The notes under the pieces are model-generated. The model ran no database searches, was not told where the DNA came from, and saw nothing but the letters and a program-made list of their open reading frames with translations. 64,000 bases of DNA from positions 160,001 through 224,000 of the forward strand of contig JAEHCQ010000004.1 in assembly GCA_020696385.1 (NCBI GenBank). Reading direction: 5' to 3'. The stretch comes from Methanobacteriota archaeon (lineage in GTDB: Archaea > Thermoplasmatota > Thermoplasmata > SG8-5 > JAGLSY01). Of the stretch, positions 56,750 to 64,000 are shown one piece after another. Position 1 is the first letter of the stretch; every line of letters begins with the position of its first letter. The translations under genes and the position numbers were made by a program.

Positions 56750-58453
56750 ATGAACTCGCCATCCATTACCAAAAATAGAACCATTCTGACCATCGTTACA
56801 GTCTCACTTCTATTTTCATTATTATTTCCCATGGTTACCTCCGCACAGGATTATGCTTGTCCTGTTGCCGAGCCAGGTTTGGGTATGATATCTTACCACG
56901 AGCTCATGTTCTTCCAGGGTGATGATCCCAATACGCAAGAGCTGGAGCCAGTTTCTCTTATAAAGGTAAATGACAAGACAAGGTGGATAGTTCCATGGAA
57001 TGCGACCTATGTTTATGTCTCAATTCCAGAAGGCTCGTCCAATGTGGATATCACAAATATCGAATATGATGGCATGGCGTTTGTTCCTGGTAGATATAAC
57101 CTTCCTGATGGCACCATGCCTCCACAATATTCCCTGGTCACTGAAGGAGGCTCAGCTGGCTCCTACAAATGGTATCTTTCGGATGAAGCATCTCGCCACA
57201 CCACGGTTGCAGCGCTCTACAATTCTTCAGGACTCACTGAGATATCGGATAATGGAACTGGAATGACAAATATTGATGAATGGGACTTCTCTCAGGATTC
57301 GATGAAGTTGGCTGGTGGTATCTCTTCAGCCAACTACACTTCTAAGGTGGAGCATCTCGGTCACGATATCGTCTCCGTTAATGTAAGCCTGAACACGACA
57401 TCCAACCAGGACAATATCACTTTTCTCATATCAGAGAATGATGGTGAAAACTGGACCGAGGTGGAGCTTGGAACCCGATTAGATCTACCTGCAATAGCCA
57501 GTGATATGAGGTTCATGATCCAGATGTCCCAGGATATCGGCCTGAACAATACTCCGGAGATCAATGACTTTTCGATGGTCATTGAATATGTTCCGGATAA
57601 TATCGACCTCTGGCTGGAAACAAAATATGATATTGATGTTCCGGCAGATGGCATTGAATTCTCCATACATCTCACTTACGATATGCCAGATATGCCCATC
57701 TATTATGTCGGATACTTTGATGAGGACATTCAATTTGGATTCAGTGGCTTTGAAGCCACTCAAACGACCTTCGAATCCCTGCCTGGCAAGGTGGTTTACA
57801 TGACCATGGGAGAGGAACATGGTGATCATCTATCCTTTTCCGTTCGAATGCCCGCCTCTGGTGAGCTATCCATGTCAGCCTCGGTGATCATAGTTATTCT
57901 ATTCGTGGTATTGACAATGGGTATTGTGGGCTTCTACCTGCGTAAATATACATCATCTGGCAGCCAGGATAAGATCGAGAAGGATGATAAGTCTTCAATA
58001 AGCGAGGATGATGATGAGGCATCTGGATCTTCAGCAAAGGATATCACTGAAGAAAAGCCAGATATCACGGACATCATCCGCAGGAAAAAGATCCTGGAGC
58101 AAACCATCGCCAGGCTGGACAATGAGGTCAGCTCCGGCTTGATCGGAACCAGTGCGGCAGAACGCATGAAAGCATCTTATCATGAAGAACTGGATGAGAT
58201 AAACAGCCAGTTGGAAGAAAATGATGATGACGATGCTTCATCTGCTGATAAATCTGCTGATAATATTCCTGAAGCCGTATCTGCTGAGCTTGAGGATCTC
58301 TCATCCCAGAAATCCGAGGCCATAAATAAACTGAAAGACCTGGATCAGAGGCTGGAGAATGGAGAGGTATCGGATGAAGAGCATGCGATCCTGAAGGCCA
58401 GTTACAAGAAGCAGGCCATTGATATCATGAAGAAAATGGATTCAATTGAATAA
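56750..58453 (+). CDS. Uncharacterised secreted, membrane-anchored protein with acidic cytoplasmic tail; possible Ccm accessory
   Basis: Signal peptide, one TM, two LD...G helical repeats; directly upstream of ccmF. Confidence 0.75.
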   Translation: MNSPSITKNRTILTIVTVSLLFSLLFPMVTSAQDYACPVAEPGLGMISYHELMFFQGDDPNTQELEPVSLIKVNDKTRWIVPWNATYVYVSIPEGSSNVDITNIEYDGMAFVPGRYNLPDGTMPPQYSLVTEGGSAGSYKWYLSDEASRHTTVAALYNSSGLTEISDNGTGMTNIDEWDFSQDSMKLAGGISSANYTSKVEHLGHDIVSVNVSLNTTSNQDNITFLISENDGENWTEVELGTRLDLPAIASDMRFMIQMSQDIGLNNTPEINDFSMVIEYVPDNIDLWLETKYDIDVPADGIEFSIHLTYDMPDMPIYYVGYFDEDIQFGFSGFEATQTTFESLPGKVVYMTMGEEHGDHLSFSVRMPASGELSMSASVIIVILFVVLTMGIVGFYLRKYTSSGSQDKIEKDDKSSISEDDDEASGSSAKDITEEKPDITDIIRRKKILEQTIARLDNEVSSGLIGTSAAERMKASYHEELDEINSQLEENDDDDASSADKSADNIPEAVSAELEDLSSQKSEAINKLKDLDQRLENGEVSDEEHAILKASYKKQAIDIMKKMDSIE

Positions 58454-58559
58454 TTGGATAAATTGTTTATAAATAATTTGATCAGATTATGGACGAATAC
58501 ACCCATAATCTGATTTTTCATGTGAAAATTATATATATTCGGCCAAACTGCCCATATCA

Positions 58560-60668
58560 ATGGAATTCGGTAATGCCTTGGTGAACATCAGTCTTGTTCT
58601 TTCTATTATTGGTATAATTCTATCAATACTCAGAATAAAGACCAAGCAGGACAATCTCGAGCAATATGCCCGGATGGTGTCATTATTCCTTTTTATCACC
58701 ATATCCGCCACCCTGCTTTATCTGTATATCCTATTCATCACTTCAGACCTTTCCGTATTGTATGTATGGACCTACACAGATAGTTCATATTCACTCGTCT
58801 ACAAGCTCTCTGGTGTTCTGGCAGGTATGGACGGCTCACTCCTGTTCTGGATATGGCTGGTCATCCTCCCATGGTTCTATGAGGAGATGAAAGCCATAAA
58901 AAAGCCAAAGGATACCGATCTTATGGATTGGACAAGGGTATTTCTCTTTGGTGTTCTGGCAGTTCTTTTATTGATCCTGTCCGCCCACGAGATATTCTCC
59001 CTTACGCCACCGGAATACCTGAGCTTCAGACCCGATGGAAATGGTCTGAATCCGATCCTTCAGACCTTCCTCATGGCCATTCATCCGCCAATTGTCTTCG
59101 TTGCCTATGGCTTTTTCGCCATGCCCTTTGCAGCTGGTCTGGCCTTCCTCGTTACAGGCAATACTAAATGGACCGACCTTTGCATAAACTGGAGCAGAAT
59201 AGGCTGGTTCTTCCTGACACTGGGAATTGGCATTGGGGCCTTATGGGCGTATGTCGTTCTTGGCTGGGGGGGCTATTGGGGATGGGATCCGGTCGAAACA
59301 TCTTCGTTATTGCCATGGATAATGCTCACTGGCTTCTTGCACGTGCAGTTGATGTACAGGCGTAAAAAAGACTATCCGATATTGGCTCCAGTTCTCGGAG
59401 TTTTCAGCTTCATACTGGTGATATTCGCCACCTTCGCCACCAGGGCTGGTGGCCTATGGGTGTCTGTTCATACCTTTGGACAGGCTGATGTCAGTATCGA
59501 TGCTTTTACAAGGTTCAAGAATATCATGGCAGAAAGTGATACCGTACCCTATTATTTCGCCATGATGGTCGGTATGCTGATCTTGGTCGCGATACTGGTG
59601 ATCTACAGGCAGAGAAAGATGAAGCCCAGCCAACCTGAAGAAGAGAAGTCTTACAGTTTATCCGAATTGATAAATGATGATATCCTAATGTTGGGAACAT
59701 CCTTCTTGCTTATTCTTTTAACAGCAGTCACAATGCTCATCCTTGTCAGGGGCATAAATGGCCTGGCTCCTGAGAATTTTGATGGCCCTGTGGGTATTTT
59801 GACATTGGTCCTGATACTCATCATGGTCCTCTGTGTCAGTTGGAGGGTACTTGGAAAGAAACTCATCACCCAGCTTTTACTTGCAACGATCATGATATCT
59901 GCCATTGTCATGGCCATCTATCCCGATAACCTGATCGCGGCTGGAGCCTTCCCGATCCTAATCACGGCTCTCGTGGTGATATCTTATTCAATTATCAAGA
60001 AATTCAACCCAAAGAATCCATGGCGATCGATGAAATCGATCTCCGCTCACCTCATTCATCTGGCAGTGATCCTTCTTGTGATCGGTTATGTGGGCAGTAG
60101 CTTCATGGACTCTGAGCAAAGTGTGACGATCCATATCGGAGAAGAAGTGGAAGCCATGGGATACTCCTTCGAGGTGGTAGGAACCGAGCCAGCAGATGAT
60201 TACATATATGTGAACATGAACATCTACAAGGATGGTAATTTCATTGGTAAAGCGAGGCCTGGAATATCCATAATAGATGATACCAGTAGATCCGAAATAT
60301 ATGTGGAGGACACCTTGCTGGAAGATATCTATCTCATCTATGATTTCAATGCAGATTCGTACGAACATGGAGCTGTAGATATCGTGGTGAAGATACTGCC
60401 TCTGATGAAATTCCTGTGGGGTGGAATGTGGCTGATGTCCATTGGCATCATATTGCGTGTCACATTGGAGATATTCTTGCCAGGAAAGCGGAAAACATCA
60501 GGCGAAAGATCCGACAAGGATGATGAGGTTGATGAAGAGTCAGATGATCGACTCTATGATAAGGAACCAACCGAGACCAAGGATGAAGCCGGGTCATCTG
60601 ATATCAAAGACGATGATTACTACGAGGCCATGCTGGAGGCCGAGTTGGATGGAACAGACCGTGAATGA
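58560..60668 (+). CDS. ccmF: Cytochrome c heme lyase CcmF
   Basis: GSLLFW, GNGLNPILQ, IHPP, WAYVVLGWGGYWGWDPVE, SVH. Confidence 0.95.
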   Translation: MEFGNALVNISLVLSIIGIILSILRIKTKQDNLEQYARMVSLFLFITISATLLYLYILFITSDLSVLYVWTYTDSSYSLVYKLSGVLAGMDGSLLFWIWLVILPWFYEEMKAIKKPKDTDLMDWTRVFLFGVLAVLLLILSAHEIFSLTPPEYLSFRPDGNGLNPILQTFLMAIHPPIVFVAYGFFAMPFAAGLAFLVTGNTKWTDLCINWSRIGWFFLTLGIGIGALWAYVVLGWGGYWGWDPVETSSLLPWIMLTGFLHVQLMYRRKKDYPILAPVLGVFSFILVIFATFATRAGGLWVSVHTFGQADVSIDAFTRFKNIMAESDTVPYYFAMMVGMLILVAILVIYRQRKMKPSQPEEEKSYSLSELINDDILMLGTSFLLILLTAVTMLILVRGINGLAPENFDGPVGILTLVLILIMVLCVSWRVLGKKLITQLLLATIMISAIVMAIYPDNLIAAGAFPILITALVVISYSIIKKFNPKNPWRSMKSISAHLIHLAVILLVIGYVGSSFMDSEQSVTIHIGEEVEAMGYSFEVVGTEPADDYIYVNMNIYKDGNFIGKARPGISIIDDTSRSEIYVEDTLLEDIYLIYDFNADSYEHGAVDIVVKILPLMKFLWGGMWLMSIGIILRVTLEIFLPGKRKTSGERSDKDDEVDEESDDRLYDKEPTETKDEAGSSDIKDDDYYEAMLEAELDGTDRE

Positions 60669-60722
60669 TCTATCGATTTCTTAACCCTCTCTGAACTCTC
60701 TGAAATATGAATGATCCAGCTA

Positions 60723-60762
60723 TATCTATTCTATCATATTCTATCTATTCTATCTATTCTAT
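60723..60762. repeat. Short tandem repeat TATCTATTC (about 4 copies)
   Basis: TATCTATTC TATCATATTC TATCTATTC TATCTATTC TAT. Confidence 0.8.
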
Positions 60763-60892
60763 GATATATCATACATATGATCATAATTCCATGATCAATA
60801 ACAATATCTATTCTAATCGATATTCCTTAATATAAGATTGATAATGTGGGCTGATAGTGATCAAATAATCATCCGGCATATGAGTTGATACT

Positions 60893-62191
60893 ATGGGAAA
60901 GGATAAAAAACCCGAGACAAAGAAACCCAAATCAAAGGTACCCGATCTGGTCAAGAACAAGGCACCTTATCTTGATGACCTGACCGCCTGCATGCAGTGT
61001 GGTTACTGTCAATCTGTTTGCCCGGTCTATGAAGAGGGTAAGTGGGAATCCCTTTCACCCAGAGGCAAATTATTCCTGATGAAGGACCTCACAAGCAAGA
61101 ACAGTGCACTTCAGAGATTATTTGGAAAGAAGATCACTAACAAGATCACTGGCTCTGTTGAAATAGATCATGAAGAGTTCATGAATGCCATTTATAGATG
61201 CACACTCTGTAGTCGATGTGAAACAGTCTGTCATGTTGAAATCGAATTCCACGAATACTGGGATCACCTCCGTGAATGGATGGTGAAGAATGGAATCAAG
61301 CCTCCGGAAAACACTATCAACATGTACAATGACATTGCCAATACTGATTTTAATAATCCCTTCAAAGAGACAAAGGACAAGAGGGATGAGTGGTACAGGG
61401 ATGATTATCCTGACCTGCCAGCTACTGCGGAAGTGGTATACTATATTGGATGTATGACCTCATTTTACGAGTATCAGGTTCTGCTGAACACCATGAAGAT
61501 CTTCACGAAGGCCGGAGTGAACTTCACCACCCTTGGACAGGAAGAGGTTTGCTGTAGTGCGATAAATGTCATGACTGGCCAGACCGAAAATTTCAAGGAT
61601 ATTGCCAAGCGCAATGTCGACGCTATCAAGAAGAGAGGGGCAAAGAGAGTTGTGACTGGATGTCCAGGATGCTTCCGCGCCCTCAGAAAATATAAGAAAT
61701 TCGTTGATTATGATTTCGAGATCATTCACACGATCGATCTGTTACACGAGGTCGTCACCCAGGGCAAACTGGAGTGGAAGAAGGATTTCAAATCAAAGCA
61801 ATTGCCAGTCATCTACCACGACCCTTGCGAACTGGGTCGGATACTGGAGTTCGAGGACAAACCCCGATACGATCAGCCAAGAGAGATATTATTGGCTGTT
61901 CCAGGTATCGACGAGGTTCTGGAGTTCCCCACCAATAAGCTGGATAGCGCGTGCTGTGGTGGAGGCGGGGGTCTTAAAGCCACAGATTATGACCTGAGCT
62001 CCCAGATAGCTCTGAAGAAGGTGGAGGCCGCCATCGAGATCGGAGCCAAGACCATTGTGTCCACATGCCCCAACTGTAAGAATCAGATAGGGATTGCGGT
62101 TGAATTGAAGAAGGCCGAGCTGAAGAAGCAGGGCGAGAAGTTCAAGATGAACGTGATGGATGTTACTGACGTAGTTTCCAAATCCATTTGA
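60893..62191 (+). CDS. GlcF/HdrD-like Fe-S oxidoreductase (2x[4Fe-4S] plus CCG-type domains)
   Basis: CMQCGYCQSVCP, SPRG, CTLCSRC, YIGC, VCCS, GCPGC, YHDPCELGR, CCGGGGG, TCPNC. Confidence 0.9.
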   Translation: MGKDKKPETKKPKSKVPDLVKNKAPYLDDLTACMQCGYCQSVCPVYEEGKWESLSPRGKLFLMKDLTSKNSALQRLFGKKITNKITGSVEIDHEEFMNAIYRCTLCSRCETVCHVEIEFHEYWDHLREWMVKNGIKPPENTINMYNDIANTDFNNPFKETKDKRDEWYRDDYPDLPATAEVVYYIGCMTSFYEYQVLLNTMKIFTKAGVNFTTLGQEEVCCSAINVMTGQTENFKDIAKRNVDAIKKRGAKRVVTGCPGCFRALRKYKKFVDYDFEIIHTIDLLHEVVTQGKLEWKKDFKSKQLPVIYHDPCELGRILEFEDKPRYDQPREILLAVPGIDEVLEFPTNKLDSACCGGGGGLKATDYDLSSQIALKKVEAAIEIGAKTIVSTCPNCKNQIGIAVELKKAELKKQGEKFKMNVMDVTDVVSKSI

Positions 62192-62205
62192 TCGGTGGTC
62201 CGATA

Positions 62206-63201
62206 ATGGTTAAACTGTTCCGCCTTGGAGATATTTTTTGGGAAGATACTCAATTGATATACCATGCACTGGCTAATCTCAATATCGAGGCACTGGTCCT
62301 TGATTCTCCAAAAGAGGAGTATGTTTGCCTTGGCTTTCATCAGAACCCGGATGATGAGCTGGATCTGGAGTATTGTAAGCAGAATGATATTGGAATATTC
62401 CGAAGGGAGATCGGCGGTGGCTCGGTCTGGCTGGACAATCGCCAAGTATTCTACAATATCATATTGAGAAAGGATAACCCGATTGTACCAAGGCTGACAC
62501 AGAACTATTTCTCCAAATTCCTCCAGCCAGTTGTTTCCGTATGCAGGAATCTGGGCATGGAAGCTGAGTTCATGCCCATCTGCGATATTCTGGCCAGTGG
62601 CAGGAAGTTCTCCGGGAATGGAGGAGGGGAAATCGGCGAATGCAAGGTGATCGCCGGCGGTCTTCTTCTGGATTTTGAATTTGATAAGATGGTCAATATC
62701 ATGAACCTCAATTCCTCAATGAAGAGTCATTTCAGGGAGAGCATGGATAATAATCTGACAACTATACGGAATGAGATCGGCCAGATCCCACCAAAAGATG
62801 AGATATTTGATGGTCTCATCAGGGAATTCGAGGATATTCTGGGCCCCTTCGAAATATCGTCCATCACCCCGGAGATCCGTGCGGAGATGGATCGTTTGAG
62901 ATCCCATTACTTTTCAGATAAATGGATGCTCCAGAGAGGGGTGAACAATCTTGGCAGGGAGATCAAGGTCAGGGAAGGATATTACATCCTGGGTGTGGAT
63001 GTGAACTTCAAGGGCGATGATCACCATCTTGCCATATTCTCGGAAGATGGCCAGGTCAGTGAATTGAAGATAACTGGCGATGAAGTTCCGGCTCGAATTG
63101 ATGATCAAATAGAACTAGAAAATAGATTGTCCAATATTATCAAAATGGACTATGATCAAAGAAAAATAATAAATGCGATTAATGACATGATATACCTGTA
63201 A
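62206..63201 (+). CDS. lplA: Lipoate-protein ligase family protein
   Basis: LGFHQ...ELDLEYC, RREIGGGSV, DI...GRKFSGNG. Confidence 0.88.
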   Translation: MVKLFRLGDIFWEDTQLIYHALANLNIEALVLDSPKEEYVCLGFHQNPDDELDLEYCKQNDIGIFRREIGGGSVWLDNRQVFYNIILRKDNPIVPRLTQNYFSKFLQPVVSVCRNLGMEAEFMPICDILASGRKFSGNGGGEIGECKVIAGGLLLDFEFDKMVNIMNLNSSMKSHFRESMDNNLTTIRNEIGQIPPKDEIFDGLIREFEDILGPFEISSITPEIRAEMDRLRSHYFSDKWMLQRGVNNLGREIKVREGYYILGVDVNFKGDDHHLAIFSEDGQVSELKITGDEVPARIDDQIELENRLSNIIKMDYDQRKIINAINDMIYL

Positions 63202-63272
63202 CAGTCCAAATTTGACATTCGGTATATACGGTGATCTGGAATGTCAAATCTGGTTCGTAGGGAGGCTGAAAC

Positions 63273-63704
63273 ATGCTGGTTATAAATGACATGAAATTCC
63301 CACTTGACAGGAAATATTACACGAAGAATGGAGCCCATATGTGGCTCACTGAAGATAATGGCCAGATAAAGCTGGGTCTGGATGCTTTCGCCTCGGAGAT
63401 GGCAGGCTTCCTCACATTCTTTGCAGTGACCTCGGAAGAACCAGATGCTGGAGAGGCCATTGGCAGTTTTGAATCCGCCAAGTTCGTCAGCCGTTTTTAC
63501 TCCCCGATTAGTGGAAAGATCGTGGAGGTCAATAAGGCCGCGATGGCCAATCCCAAGCTGATCAATGACGATCCCTATTCCGCATGGATAGTGTCCATCG
63601 AGCCACGTGATATCTCCGAACTGGATTCCGAGTTCATCATAGAGGGCGAGGAAAAGGTCAGCCAATGGATACACGAGGAACTGAGAAAGATAGAGGAGGA
63701 ATGA
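63273..63704 (+). CDS. GcvH-like lipoyl carrier protein
   Basis: HMW, LG, FESAK (lipoyl Lys), SPISGKIVEVN, INDDPY..W. Confidence 0.9.
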   Translation: MLVINDMKFPLDRKYYTKNGAHMWLTEDNGQIKLGLDAFASEMAGFLTFFAVTSEEPDAGEAIGSFESAKFVSRFYSPISGKIVEVNKAAMANPKLINDDPYSAWIVSIEPRDISELDSEFIIEGEEKVSQWIHEELRKIEEE

Positions 63705-64000
63705 CATTCATGGAAAGTCCCGGATTCGTTAGGATAAGTACTGCAGCCGCCATGACCCTGAAGCTTGTTCCTGGCAAGTTCAATAGAGGCGAAAAGTTAG
63801 GATGCCTTAATCTTCTTATTCATTATGATGAAGGATGTAGGGCGAATTGCAGTTATTGTGGTCTTTCCGATACAAGGGATGCGGTGACCGAGGATCCATC
63901 TTCAGATACCTTTATCAGAGTGGACTGGCCGCTTGTGGAAATTGATGATATAATCCGCAGGGCGAATGAACACGCACCTCATCTTCAAAGGGTGTGTGTT
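63701..64000 (+). CDS. Radical SAM, LipS1-type lipoyl synthase subunit (partial)
   Basis: Manual translation: MESPGFVRISTAAAMTL...NLLIHYDEGCRANCSYCGL...FIRVDWP; runs off the window. Confidence 0.8.
   Translation, partial: MTFMESPGFVRISTAAAMTLKLVPGKFNRGEKLGCLNLLIHYDEGCRANCSYCGLSDTRDAVTEDPSSDTFIRVDWPLVEIDDIIRRANEHAPHLQRVCV

Noticed and set aside
60720-60830. Possible CRISPR array
   Set aside because: The repeats are 9 nt with no spacers, and no cas genes were seen.

Overview
This is a gene-dense 64 kb window from an anaerobic archaeon. The evidence is TATA-like promoters, GGAGG(TGA) Shine-Dalgarno (SD) sites, GatDE, a PGF-CTERM protein and a heliorhodopsin; Thermoplasmatota is my inference. 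The left part holds an HD protein and an ORP-like Fe-S/MinD/NifX cluster, a STAND ATPase-TPR protein, a large surface protein, hutU, RNase Z, heliorhodopsin, SOUL, hutH and a GDP-heptose operon. Next comes a non-canonical tRNA-Gln-like gene (C33/C37, A1-A72 mismatch) 24 nt upstream of a divergent gatE-gatD pair. The right 37 kb is an energy-metabolism supercluster: a 2M-type complex I membrane arm (nuoHIJJKLMMN, no ABCD in the window), hdrCB-hdrA(L)-flxDCBA, a Ccm cytochrome c maturation system, two multiheme cytochrome c/cytochrome b pairs, GlcD/GlcF-like oxidoreductases, and a lipoate ligase, GcvH-like carrier and LipS-type radical SAM. Intergenic DNA carries several families of modular palindromic repeats. 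One family sits at stop/start junctions and forms short bridging ORFs. All assignments come from motif recognition by eye; no database searches were run.
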